Assembly (NCBI GenBank): GCA_004297165.1 | Contig: SCUJ01000006.1 | Location: 1,648,045-1,712,044, forward strand | From: Gammaproteobacteria bacterium | Lineage (GTDB): Bacteria > Pseudomonadota > Gammaproteobacteria > Eutrophobiales > Eutrophobiaceae | Direction: 5' to 3' | DNA: 64,000 nucleotides | Program-made: the position numbers and the translations under genes | Part shown: in pieces, positions 1 through 9,247 of the stretch | Layout of the letters: each line of letters starts with the position of its first letter | Position numbering within the stretch: the first letter of the stretch is position 1 | Notes under the pieces: generated by a model | What the model was told of the DNA's origin: nothing | The model's database searches: none | The model's input: only the letters and a program-made list of their open reading frames with translations

Positions 1-131
1 AGGAGCCTTTCGACACCGCGCATTTCATCGGCTTCACGATCGTCTGGTGCGCGCTGGTCATCTTCGCCTTCGAGAGTTATCACGCGAACCGCGCGCCCTC
101 CCAGCCGATCCCGGAACTGGGAGAGGGTTAG
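1..131 (+). CDS. 3' end of an upstream gene (C-terminal fragment of a hydrophobic membrane protein), stop TAG at 129-131
   Basis: Open frame from the window edge translating ...FIGFTIVWCALVIFAFESYHANRAPSQPIPELGEG*; hydrophobic C-terminus; no start in window. Confidence 0.3.
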   Translation, partial: EPFDTAHFIGFTIVWCALVIFAFESYHANRAPSQPIPELGEG

Positions 132-164
132 AGACCCGGCGCGAGCGACGAGGTTTGACAGACC

Positions 165-875
165 ATGTGCGGCAGATTGGCAGTCCCTGGAGAATCCGCC
201 ATCGCGCAATTCTTTCAGGCCGAACGTCAATCCGCGCAACCGTTCATGCGCCGTTTCAATGTGGCCCCGACCGCCCCGGTACCGATCGTTATCGCCAGGC
301 CTGACGGCCTCAGGGCAGTGCAATCCGCGCGCTGGGGCCTGGTCCCCCATTGGTGGCGGGAATCGAAGCTTCCCGGCCATACCTTCAACGCCCGCAGCGA
401 GGAGGTCCGGGAGAAGCCCATGTGGCGCAATGCCATCCGCAACGCCCGGTGTTTACTTCCGGCGGAGGGTTGGTACGAGTGGCGGATGCTGGAGGTTGTC
501 GATCGCGAGACGGGAGAAGTCACAAACACCAAGCAGCCCTATTTCATCCATGACGCGACCCGGCCGATGATCGCCCTGGCCGGGCTTTACTCCAGGCGGC
601 ATGAACCCGACGCCGGCTTCGAATACTCCAGCGCTGTGCTGACGCGCGCGGCGTCCCCGACCCTGCAAGCGATCCACAACCGGATGCCGGTGGTGCTGCG
701 CGAGGATGACTGGAGGATCTGGCTCGGCGCGCAGGAGTCTCCGGATGCGATCGATGCGGCCATCGCTGGATCCGAAGGCGAACTGGCCTTTCATCCGGTC
801 AGCGCCCGCGTCAACAACGCTCGGATCGATGGCGAATCGCTCATCGCACCGATAGAGATGAAGGAGCCTTGCTGA
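165..875 (+). CDS. yedK: SOS response-associated peptidase (SRAP/YedK family, abasic-site processing protein)
   Basis: 236 aa; begins MCGR (catalytic Cys2 of SRAP), GWYEW motif, length typical of family. Confidence 0.85.
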   Translation: MCGRLAVPGESAIAQFFQAERQSAQPFMRRFNVAPTAPVPIVIARPDGLRAVQSARWGLVPHWWRESKLPGHTFNARSEEVREKPMWRNAIRNARCLLPAEGWYEWRMLEVVDRETGEVTNTKQPYFIHDATRPMIALAGLYSRRHEPDAGFEYSSAVLTRAASPTLQAIHNRMPVVLREDDWRIWLGAQESPDAIDAAIAGSEGELAFHPVSARVNNARIDGESLIAPIEMKEPC

Positions 876-896
876 GCTAACCGTGTCACCTGCCAC

Positions 897-990
897 TATT
901 CCCCTCTCCCCACGCGGGAGAGGGGCAAGGGGAGAGGGGGCAAAGAAATCCACCCTCTCCCCGACCCTCCCCCGTCAAGGGGGAGGGAGA
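897..990. repeat. Cluster of short GC-rich inverted repeats (CCCTCTCCCC / GGGGAGAGGG units in both orientations) forming stacked hairpins between convergent genes; REP-like element or bidirectional terminator
   Basis: Seen directly: ccctctcccc at 902-911 and 953-961, reverse complements at 917-925 and 929-939, ccctccccc/gggggaggg pair at 965-987. Confidence 0.5.
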
Positions 991-1022
991 CTCATGTCAT
1001 CTTGATATTTTCATGCAGTGAA

Positions 1023-3647
1023 TCAGTGGCTCCTTGAATACCACCCGGCAGTGATCTGATACAACAGGCCGCACAGCAGAAATACAAATCCCGCAGAGAA
1101 CAACACCGCCAGTTGCCCGCCATCCAGGGGCACAATCCCGAACGGCGTCGTGAGCGGCGTGTACATCAACATGGCCTGCAACAGCAGGGAGACGACGACC
1201 GAGATCCACACCCAGATGTTGGAGCGGAGCGGGACGGCGTAACCGTGCCGGATGATGAAGACCAGGATGCATTCGTAGAGCACCACGAAATTGAAGACCA
1301 TGGTCTGCGCCAGCATGAGCGAAGACCCGTCCGCGCCGCCGTAGGCGCCAAACAACGATAGAGCGATGCTCATGCCCACCGTGCCCAGGGTCAGGATAGT
1401 GACGATCTGCGCCACGGGCAGGATCGGCTCCGCCCTCGGCTTTGGCTTGCGGCGCATGATGTCCACGCCATAAGGATCCACCGTGAAGGCCAGCGCCGGG
1501 GCGCCGTTGGTCACCATGTTGAGCCAGAGGAGGAGGATTGCGGTCAGCGGCAGATTCATCCCGAACAGCGCGGCCAGAAAGACAATCTGCACCTCGCCGA
1601 CGTTCCCGGACAGCAGCAACATGATCGACTTCTGGATGTTGTCGTAGATGCCGCGACCCTCCTCGATCGCGTTCACGACATGAGTGAAGCTGTCGTCCAG
1701 CAGGACAAAATCCGCCGCCTCCTTCGCCACCTCCGTGCCCGACCCGACCGCCACGCCAATATCGGCCTTTTTGAGGGCCGGGGCGTCGTTCACCCCGTCG
1801 CCCGTCATCGCCACCGTATGGCCCATGGCTTGCAGGCAGGTGACGATCCGCTGTTTGTGTTCCGGCACGACGCGGGCGAAGATCGCCGTGCCCCGCTCCA
1901 GACTGGCGCGTAATGCATCCGCATCCATGCCATCGAGCTCCGCGCCGGTCACCGCGAGATCGTCGATCCCGATCTGTCTGGCGATGGCCCGTGCGGTCTC
2001 GAGATAATCCCCCGTGATCATGATCACCCGGATCCCCGCCTGCCGGGTCCGCAGGATGGATCCCGCGACATCCGGACGCGGCGGATCGATCATCGCCTGC
2101 AAGCCCACGAATATGAGACCGGCCTCCGCGAATGGATCATTCTCATCGAGTTCCCGGTAGGCGAAACCGAGGACGCGCATGGCGGCGGAGGCATAACGTT
2201 TGTTCTGCTCCAGCACCAAGCGCCGCAACGGCTCGTCGAGTGGCGCGGTCTCGCCGTTGATCCGGATCCGGTCACAGCAATCCAGCAAAGCGCCGGGTGC
2301 GCCCTTGCTGTAGATCGTCCGTTTGCCCCCCTGCCCTGCCAGCACGCTCATGCATTTGCGCCGGGAGTCGAAGGGGATCTCGTCCAGGCGCGCGCACCGT
2401 TCATCGAGACCGGCCTTCCGGGCGCTGACCAGCAGGGCGGCCTCGGTGGGATCGCCGGTGATCGCCCAATCGCCTTCGCGCCGATTGAGCGTGCTGTTGT
2501 TGCAATGGAGTCCGATCCGGAGCAACTGCGCATCGGCGACCTCCACGCGGCCGCTGCCGGGGTTGTAGCCATGGCCGGCGAGTTCAAGCTCCTCGTCCGG
2601 GGTCCACAGATGCCGTACGGTCATCTGGTTCTGGGTCAAGGTCCCGGTCTTGTCGGTGCAGATCACATCGCAACTTCCCAGGGTCTCCACCGAGGAGAGA
2701 CGACGCACCAGGGCCTTTCTGCGCAGGAGCCGCTTGACGCCGATGCTGAGCGCGATCGTGACCACCGCCGGCAGGGCGGTCGGCACGGCCGCGACGGCCA
2801 GACTGATGGCGATGAAGGCAAAGGTCAGCAGTTGCTCCGCCGTCAGCCCCGTGGTGTGATAGGCGCGCAGGGAGGTGAGCAGCAACACGCACAGGCAAAT
2901 GCCGATGATCGCCCAGCCGATCAGCCGGCCGAAACGATCCAGCCGCCGTTGCAGCGGCGTGGGTTCCTCCGCGGCCTCCTTGATCAAGGTGGTGATGCGT
3001 CCGATCTCCGTATGCATGCCGGTGGCCGTCACCACTGCGCGGCCGTTGCCGGAGACGATCGCCGTGGAGGAAAACAGCATGTTGTGTCTGTCGGCCAGCG
3101 GCGTTTCGCCGCGAATGACGTCCGGAGTCTTGTCCACCGGGACGGATTCCCCCGTGAGCGCCGATTCGTCCACTTCGAGGCGCACCGCCTCGATGATCCG
3201 GGCATCCGCGGGGGTCTTGTCGCCGCTTTCAACGTAAATCACATCACCAGCGACGAGCTCCACCGCATCGACGACCCGCGCCTGTCCATCCCGGATTACC
3301 GTGGCGCGAATGTTGCCGAGTCGCTTCAGGGCCTCGAGCGATTTGTGCGCGGAGTATTCCTGAAAGAAACCGATCGCGGCGTTCATGATCAGGATGAACA
3401 GGATCACTGCGGAATCGAGATACTCGCCGATGATCACGGAGACCGCGACGGCGAACAGCAGCACGTAAACGATAAAGCTCTTGAACTGCCCGATGAGGAT
3501 CCGCAGCGGATTGACCGCGGACGCCGTATCGAGTTCGTTGCGGCCGTCCTTGATCAGGCGGCGCGCGGCCTCCGTCTCAGCGAGGCCGGCGGGACCGCTC
3601 TCCAGAGCCCGAAACGTCTCGGACGCCGGCATCTGGTGGAAATACAT
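1023..3647 (-). CDS. Cation-transporting P-type ATPase (P2-type, Ca2+/Mg2+-like)
   Basis: 874 aa; DKTGTLT phosphorylation motif, TGDGVNDAPALKKADIGVAVG hinge motif, 10 predicted TM segments. Confidence 0.9.
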   Translation of the reverse strand: MYFHQMPASETFRALESGPAGLAETEAARRLIKDGRNELDTASAVNPLRILIGQFKSFIVYVLLFAVAVSVIIGEYLDSAVILFILIMNAAIGFFQEYSAHKSLEALKRLGNIRATVIRDGQARVVDAVELVAGDVIYVESGDKTPADARIIEAVRLEVDESALTGESVPVDKTPDVIRGETPLADRHNMLFSSTAIVSGNGRAVVTATGMHTEIGRITTLIKEAAEEPTPLQRRLDRFGRLIGWAIIGICLCVLLLTSLRAYHTTGLTAEQLLTFAFIAISLAVAAVPTALPAVVTIALSIGVKRLLRRKALVRRLSSVETLGSCDVICTDKTGTLTQNQMTVRHLWTPDEELELAGHGYNPGSGRVEVADAQLLRIGLHCNNSTLNRREGDWAITGDPTEAALLVSARKAGLDERCARLDEIPFDSRRKCMSVLAGQGGKRTIYSKGAPGALLDCCDRIRINGETAPLDEPLRRLVLEQNKRYASAAMRVLGFAYRELDENDPFAEAGLIFVGLQAMIDPPRPDVAGSILRTRQAGIRVIMITGDYLETARAIARQIGIDDLAVTGAELDGMDADALRASLERGTAIFARVVPEHKQRIVTCLQAMGHTVAMTGDGVNDAPALKKADIGVAVGSGTEVAKEAADFVLLDDSFTHVVNAIEEGRGIYDNIQKSIMLLLSGNVGEVQIVFLAALFGMNLPLTAILLLWLNMVTNGAPALAFTVDPYGVDIMRRKPKPRAEPILPVAQIVTILTLGTVGMSIALSLFGAYGGADGSSLMLAQTMVFNFVVLYECILVFIIRHGYAVPLRSNIWVWISVVVSLLLQAMLMYTPLTTPFGIVPLDGGQLAVLFSAGFVFLLCGLLYQITAGWYSRSH

Positions 3648-3680
3648 GCGCGTTACCGGCGGTGCGGGGAATGTTGTCCG

Positions 3681-4166
3681 TTACTGGTAGTCAGGCATTT
3701 CTCCCGCCGGACCTGGACTGTAAGCCGGCGCCAGCAGGACATAACGGGAGTTGAGGAAGGTGACGATATCGACGAGCTGCTCGACGGTCATCTCGCGGCG
3801 GAACGGCATGGGCGAGTCCGCCCGGCCGCGTTCCCCGCGCGGCAGCCGGGCCAGGTAATCCCCGGATAGAACGTGGTTGGGATTGATGATCGAGGTGAGC
3901 AGTTCACCGTAGGTCTTGACGTGGATCACCTCCCCGCCCAACTCCAGGGCTGCCGGGGAATCCCCCTGCCAGGCAGGCAGTTCCACGCCGTTCACGGTAT
4001 GGCAGCGATTGCAGCCGAGCGCGATGAACGCCTCGCGGCCCTTGGCGATGTCGCCCATGACGATGGGGAAGCGGAAGCCTTCCTCCGTCGTGTTCATGTC
4101 CGTGGCGCAGCCTGCCAACATGGCCGCCGCCATCAATGCCCGCACTGCCGGGAACAGCGATTTCAT
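3681..4166 (-). CDS. Periplasmic c-type cytochrome (monoheme)
   Basis: Start at internal ATG (MKSLFPAVRALMAAAMLAGC signal/lipobox-like N-terminus) inside longer ORF 3681..4274; CNRCH heme-binding motif. Confidence 0.7.
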   Translation of the reverse strand: MKSLFPAVRALMAAAMLAGCATDMNTTEEGFRFPIVMGDIAKGREAFIALGCNRCHTVNGVELPAWQGDSPAALELGGEVIHVKTYGELLTSIINPNHVLSGDYLARLPRGERGRADSPMPFRREMTVEQLVDIVTFLNSRYVLLAPAYSPGPAGEMPDYQ

Positions 4167-4189
4167 GGCTCTCTCTACTCCAGTAGCGT

Positions 4190-4831
4190 TTACTTCTGCA
4201 TCGAGGCGAGCGCCGCCTTCTGCGCCGCGGCGATGGCCAGGGCGTGCTTGCCTTTGGCCATCAGATCGAACCAAGCGGCCAGGCCCTTGACCTCACCCCC
4301 GATATCCGAGCCATAAACCGCCTGCATCATGCTTCTGACGAGCATGAGCGAATGATAGGCGAAGATGTCGGCGTTGGTGAGCGCGGTCCCCGCGATATAA
4401 GGATTGAAACGCGCGACCCGGCCGAGGGCCGCAAGGCCCTTCGCCACGGCCGGCTTAATCTCCTCCCGCATGGCGTCGGACAGGGGCGCCTTGAAGAGCA
4501 CATGGCCCACGAGGCGGTGCGCCGGGGCCTCGATGTAGTGTTCCACGATGCGCATGATCTCGCGGGTCTTCGCCCTGGCCCAGGGGTCCGCGGGATAGAG
4601 TGCAGGAATGGGATGAACATCCTCGAGGTAATCCATGATGACGTTGGTCTCGACCAGAAATCCCGCGGCGGTTTCCAGACAGGGGACCTTCCCCATGGGG
4701 CTCTTCGCGAGATACGCGGGTTCCTGCGACGGGGTCGCCGGCACTTCCTCGAAGGCCACGCCCTTTTCCAGCAGGCAATGTTTGACCATGTTGTAATAGT
4801 TGCTGAGCGCCATACCGTGGAGTTTCAACAT
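4190..4831 (-). CDS. Glutathione S-transferase family protein
   Basis: 213 aa starting MLKLHGMALSNYYNMVKHCLLEKGVAFEE (GST N-terminal thioredoxin-like fold); ORF-track 435 aa ORF is an artefactual upstream extension overlapping the next gene. Confidence 0.8.
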   Translation of the reverse strand: MLKLHGMALSNYYNMVKHCLLEKGVAFEEVPATPSQEPAYLAKSPMGKVPCLETAAGFLVETNVIMDYLEDVHPIPALYPADPWARAKTREIMRIVEHYIEAPAHRLVGHVLFKAPLSDAMREEIKPAVAKGLAALGRVARFNPYIAGTALTNADIFAYHSLMLVRSMMQAVYGSDIGGEVKGLAAWFDLMAKGKHALAIAAAQKAALASMQK

Positions 4832-4887
4832 TGGGTTCACCTCGTTTGATTTGATGCGAAAGGATACCGGATCAACGCGGTCGCCGG

Positions 4888-6411
4888 CTACCAGAGATCC
4901 CGCAGGTAATCGATGATCGCCTTGCGCTTCACTGGATCGGCCACCTTCACCGTGGTCATCGCATTGCCGGGGACCAGCGCTTCCGGGTCGGTCAGAAACC
5001 GATCCAGCAATTCCTCCGTCCACACCCCGTCCAGCCCCCGAAAGGCCTCCGAGTAGACATAATCGGTCCGGTCCGCCTGCCTGCGCCCGACGATCATGAA
5101 CAGCGAGGGCGCGAGTCCGCCCGAGGTGACCCCGGTGGTATGACAGCCCGCGCACTCCTGGAAGAGCAGCGCGCCGCTGTCCTGTGATTTGGCCACCGTG
5201 AGCGAGATCAGATCGCCCCGCTCCCCCCACAGCCAGATCGCGCCATCGGGACCCAGCTCGATATCGCGGATGCGCCGCTCGATCGCCAGCGGTTCGGCAT
5301 AGACCACACGGGTCCCGTCCAGTTTCAGCCGGTGCAGGGACCGGCTCGCGAGCCCCGCCACCAGGATATCGCCCTGCCAGGCATCGAACTCGCTGCCTTC
5401 CACACGGATCAGGTTGGAGGCGCCGATCGAGGGCACGAAGGCATAGATCGGTTGTTCGAAACCCGCATGACTCCCCACTTGCGCGGCCGGGGGCCACTGG
5501 TAGCGGCCGTAGTCGGTGCCGTAGGTTACCCGCGGCCAGCCGTAGTCGCGCCCCTCGCGGACCAGGTTGATCTCGTCGCCGCCCCTGGGACCGTGCTCGC
5601 TCTCCCAGATATTGCCGGCTTTATCGATATACAGGCCCTGGGGATTGCGATGCCCCTTGGAATAGATGCGGCCGCTGTGTTTCTCGACATCGATCAGGAT
5701 GACCTTGCCGTACATGTGCGCAACGCTCCCGGCCATGGCGACGGGCTGGTTCCAGCCGTCGTGCTCCTGATCGCCGGTGGTGAACAGCAATTGTCCCGGC
5801 GCGAGCCAGGCCAGCCGCCCGCCCGATTCATGGCCGGCGAAGATGCGCCCGCGATTGCCCTTGTCGAGCGTCATGCATGGCGTCGTGTCATAGATCGTGG
5901 TCCATTCTCCAACCGGGCGCAGGTCACGGCTGAGCTCGATGGCGGAGACGCGCATGACCAGGCAATTCTGCTCAGTGATCCATTGATGATGCGAGGCGAA
6001 CAATTGCCAGCCGGCCGGGCGCTCCCGCACGTTGAGATCGATCACCCGGAAGAATTGCCGGCTGACCACCGGATCGGCGGCGGCGTCAAAGGCGTCCGGG
6101 TCGTGCGGCGTGTCGATGGGTAGACGCTCGGCAGTGATATTGTCATCGGCCTTGCGCACGAGGAAAAACGCCCCGGCCCCTGTGGCGCCGATGTAATCTT
6201 CGCCCACCCGAATAATCGCCCCGCCGGGCTGTTGGGCCTCCGGCGGCAGGAGATTATCGTAGTAATGGACTTCGACGGGGTGATAGGCCGTGCCGAGGAT
6301 CAGGGGGTTCTCTTTCGGGGCCGTCGCGGGTGGAATGGTCTGCGCCTCCAGCAATAACGGCGCGAGCGTCAGTACGATAAGTGCAACCGGGTTCAGGATT
6401 TTATTCTTCAT
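4888..6411 (-). CDS. PQQ-dependent soluble sugar (aldose/sorbosone) dehydrogenase fused to a C-terminal cytochrome c domain
   Basis: 507 aa; signal peptide; beta-propeller glucose/sorbosone dehydrogenase-like body; C-terminal CAGCH heme motif. Confidence 0.8.
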   Translation of the reverse strand: MKNKILNPVALIVLTLAPLLLEAQTIPPATAPKENPLILGTAYHPVEVHYYDNLLPPEAQQPGGAIIRVGEDYIGATGAGAFFLVRKADDNITAERLPIDTPHDPDAFDAAADPVVSRQFFRVIDLNVRERPAGWQLFASHHQWITEQNCLVMRVSAIELSRDLRPVGEWTTIYDTTPCMTLDKGNRGRIFAGHESGGRLAWLAPGQLLFTTGDQEHDGWNQPVAMAGSVAHMYGKVILIDVEKHSGRIYSKGHRNPQGLYIDKAGNIWESEHGPRGGDEINLVREGRDYGWPRVTYGTDYGRYQWPPAAQVGSHAGFEQPIYAFVPSIGASNLIRVEGSEFDAWQGDILVAGLASRSLHRLKLDGTRVVYAEPLAIERRIRDIELGPDGAIWLWGERGDLISLTVAKSQDSGALLFQECAGCHTTGVTSGGLAPSLFMIVGRRQADRTDYVYSEAFRGLDGVWTEELLDRFLTDPEALVPGNAMTTVKVADPVKRKAIIDYLRDLW

Positions 6412-6521
6412 GTTGAGTCACGGGATTTGCGTGAAGGAAGGAGTCTAGCGCATCCGCGGGTTTTGTTTCATCAAATGATGTTATGATTTCCCATCCATTA
6501 CCACATCCAAGGGGACCGGCG

Positions 6522-8264
6522 ATGCGCGACCAAACCCGAATCTCAAGCCATCTGTGGCGCGGCATGCTAATCATATGCTGCATGCTCTGCGGCCACTCCA
6601 TCCAGGCGCAGGACGCCGCCGAACCCACGTACACGGTGCTGAATCCCACCGGCTTCGCGCCGCCCATCGCCCGCAAATCCATGGCCCCCCGACCCGCCGA
6701 TCTGGCGGGAAAGACCATCTATCTCGTGGACGTCACCTTCGACAACGGCGATATGCTGCTGCTGGAGATGCAGAAATGGCTCGCCGCCAACCGCCCGGAG
6801 ATCAAGACCGAATTCCGGGTGAAAAAGGGCTTCTACGCCGCGGATGACCCGGAACTGTGGCAGGAGATGAAGGCCAACAACGGCCTGATGATCATGGCCA
6901 TCGGCCATTGAAGCACCTGCGCCCCGGCGGTCGTCGGGCATGTCGCGGAAGTGGAAAGCAACTTTGGCGTCCCCGCGGTCGGGGTCATCATCAATGTCCT
7001 GGAAGATCTGGTGCATGACAAGGCGCGGGAGGACGGCATGCCCGGACTCAGGCTCGCCTTTACGCCCACGCCTGTGGGCGGCAAGACGTCAGCGGAACTC
7101 GCGGAGTATGTGGCCGGCAACGATCCTCTCTCCGGCAAGCCGCTGATGGCGGAGATCCTCGATCACCTCACCCGTCCGCTGAACGCGGAGGAATCGCTCA
7201 CCGGGGAGATCGCGCGGCCCCGCCCCGCGAGCTTCGGTCCCTTGAGCATGAAGGACCTGCAACGGCAGTTCGACGATAGATTCTGGACCGATCAGCTCCC
7301 CATCATCCCGCCGACGCAGGAGCGGGTCGCCGCGATGTTGCGGCAGACCTCGCACAAGCCGGACGAGGTCATCGGCAGCATGCGCGTGACCAGCGAGCGG
7401 GAGGCGTGGTCCTATACCGTGGAGACCGTCGCCGTGAACGCCGTCATGGCCGGCGCCGCTCCTGAGCATTTCCCCGCGATCCTCGCGCTCGCCGCCGCGC
7501 GCACCAATGCCAAATCGAGTTCGACCTCCTCCATGGCCGCGATGGCGGTCTTCAACGGCCCCATCGTCGAGGAGTTGCAACTCAATTCCGGGACCGGCGC
7601 GCTCGGCCTCTACAACAAGGCCGGGGCCGTGATCGGTCGCGCCTGGAGCCTGCTCTCCGGCAACGTCACCGGCGGGTCCGTGCCGGGGCACACCTACATG
7701 GGCGTGCAGGGCAACCCGATGAGCGCGGTGCCCGCGGTGTTCGCCGAAAACGTCGCCGGCCTGCCGCCCGGCTGGAACCCCATCCACGTGCAGAAGGGCT
7801 TCAAGGCGGATGAGAGCGTGGTCAGCACCTTCTCCGGCTGCCAGAGCCAGAACACCATGATGATCCTCCAGGACGAGGACTGGGAATGGGTGCTGCAACG
7901 CTTCATCGGCGCGCTCGGCCCGCCCAACCGGGGCGACAAGACGCTGCTGGTGGATCCCGCGGTGACCGATCCGTTTCTCCGCTTCGGCTTCGACACCAAG
8001 GAGAAGCTGATCGCGTGGGTCGAGAAAAACGTCACCGTCCCGAAGAAACATTTCTGGCTGGATCAGGAGGTCATCAATTACAAACTGGGGCCGGCCCGGG
8101 CCGGCGTCGAGCCCTTTGCCTCCTGGTTGAAACTGCCCGATGACGCCCCTATCCCCTTCCTGAACAATGTGGAGGTGGTCGTGGTGGGCGGCAGCGGCAA
8201 CGTGCGCTGGAGCGTGAACGAATGCGGCTACCGGACCAGCGTGCGGCTCGCGGACTGGAAGTAA
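6522..8264 (+). CDS. Putative selenoprotein, uncharacterised family (copy 1): single in-frame TGA at 6909-6911 read as selenocysteine in a U-S-T-C motif; N-terminal signal peptide
   Basis: ORFs 6483..6911 and 6951..8264 are in the same frame, separated only by one TGA; second ORF starts with GTG not ATG; peptide across the stop (IGH-U-STCAPAVVG) conserved with paralog at 25148..26776; hairpin 12 nt after TGA; start chosen at ATG 6522 (RBS aagggga) giving MRDQTRISSHLWRGMLIICCMLCGHSIQAQD signal. Confidence 0.6.
6922..6939 (+). ncRNA. Candidate bacterial SECIS-like hairpin in mRNA (stem CCCGGCG/CGTCGGG, one G-U pair) beginning 12 nt downstream of the in-frame UGA
   Basis: Seen directly; same CCCG(A/G)CGGTCGTCGGG element at the equivalent position of the paralog with a compensatory A-U/G-U difference. 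Confidence 0.45.
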
Positions 8265-8269
8265 TCCCG

Positions 8270-9142
8270 ATGCAGATCACGCGCCGGAGATTCTTGCAGG
8301 CCGCCATCGCGGCGCCCGTCGCGTTGGGTCTGCCGACCATGGTCCGCGCCAACCCCTGGGGCGATGCGGGACATCGGATCATCGTCGGCGGCCCCTGGAC
8401 ACCGGGACTGCCGGCAATGGACTCATTTAGGATCATCTTGGCTCCCGCCCCAAGTCTTCAGGCAGGACATCCGCTCGTTGCGGATTCGATACGCGCCGGG
8501 AATGAGGACCTCGCAGCAACCTGCGCGCGCGATCCGCGACGCCTCGCGGGGCTTGCCGCACTCAGCGGGGACCCAAGGCTGGCGGCGCGCGAGCTGGAAC
8601 ATGCGATTGCGCTTGGTCTCAAAGGCGGCGTGTTGCATACCGGTTCGCCGGACGATCAATCCACTACCCGCTTCGATGCCGCCGCGGCTGAGACAGCGGA
8701 GGCCCTGGCGCTGCCTCTCTATCTGCATCCAGCGCCGGCGGCGGGCGTTCTCTCGAGGATACGGCTGCGCCTCCTCGGATTTATCCATGGCGGCCTGCTC
8801 GATCGCCACCCGCAACTGAACCTGATCATCGCCGGCGGCGCGGACCTCGCGGACTGGATCGCGCGCCTCGCCCGAATTGAAGACTCCGGCGTTCTGACCG
8901 GCATGGAGCACCTGCGCCAGGGCAAACGGCTGGAGCGGCGGATTGCCGAATATCTGCGCGCGCAGGTCCATTTCACCAGCGCAGGCATGACCGGGCGCGA
9001 GTCATTGCACAGCGCGGTGGCGGCGGTGGGACCGGGGCGCGTCATGCTTGGTGAGGACAATCACCCTTGGCTCGATGGATTACGATCCGGACGGGATGAA
9101 CAACTCCTGCGCGGGAATGCCTTGCGCGTCTTCAAGTTGTAG
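8270..9142 (+). CDS. Amidohydrolase-2 (TIM-barrel metal-dependent hydrolase) family protein with Tat-type signal
   Basis: Start at MQITRRRFLQAAIAAPVALGLP (twin-arginine motif) 5 nt after upstream stop; C-terminal LGEDNHPW resembles GSDYP motif of PF04909. Confidence 0.55.
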   Translation: MQITRRRFLQAAIAAPVALGLPTMVRANPWGDAGHRIIVGGPWTPGLPAMDSFRIILAPAPSLQAGHPLVADSIRAGNEDLAATCARDPRRLAGLAALSGDPRLAARELEHAIALGLKGGVLHTGSPDDQSTTRFDAAAAETAEALALPLYLHPAPAAGVLSRIRLRLLGFIHGGLLDRHPQLNLIIAGGADLADWIARLARIEDSGVLTGMEHLRQGKRLERRIAEYLRAQVHFTSAGMTGRESLHSAVAAVGPGRVMLGEDNHPWLDGLRSGRDEQLLRGNALRVFKL

Positions 9143-9247
9143 GGGCGAAAGATTTTTTCGTTTCAGGGAACAGAATTAATTCTGTCTCCAAGCACACCTT
9201 CAACAACGCATCCCAATGGCGATTGGGATCAATCAGGAGAAAACGAG

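Noticed and set aside
2505-3869. 454 aa ORF on + strand
   Set aside because: Antisense to the P-type ATPase gene. Arg/Gly/Asp-rich, low-complexity translation typical of high-GC antisense frames.
6909-6911. Interpretation of the in-frame TGA as a pseudogenising nonsense mutation or a boundary between two real genes
   Set aside because: The same TGA recurs at the homologous position of a diverged paralog within a conserved peptide, followed by a conserved hairpin, and the downstream halves lack ATG starts and RBS. Retained as a selenocysteine candidate instead. The similarity to the known UGSC-type naming was considered, but the motif here is U-S-[T/S]-C, so no family assignment is made.
7089-8051. 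320 aa ORF on - strand and other long antisense ORFs (9641..10210, 14517..15671, 17230..18183, 29424..30299, 39781..40737, 43045..44412)
   Set aside because: All lie opposite well-supported genes and translate to Arg/Gly/His-rich low-complexity sequence. High GC content inflates antisense ORF length.
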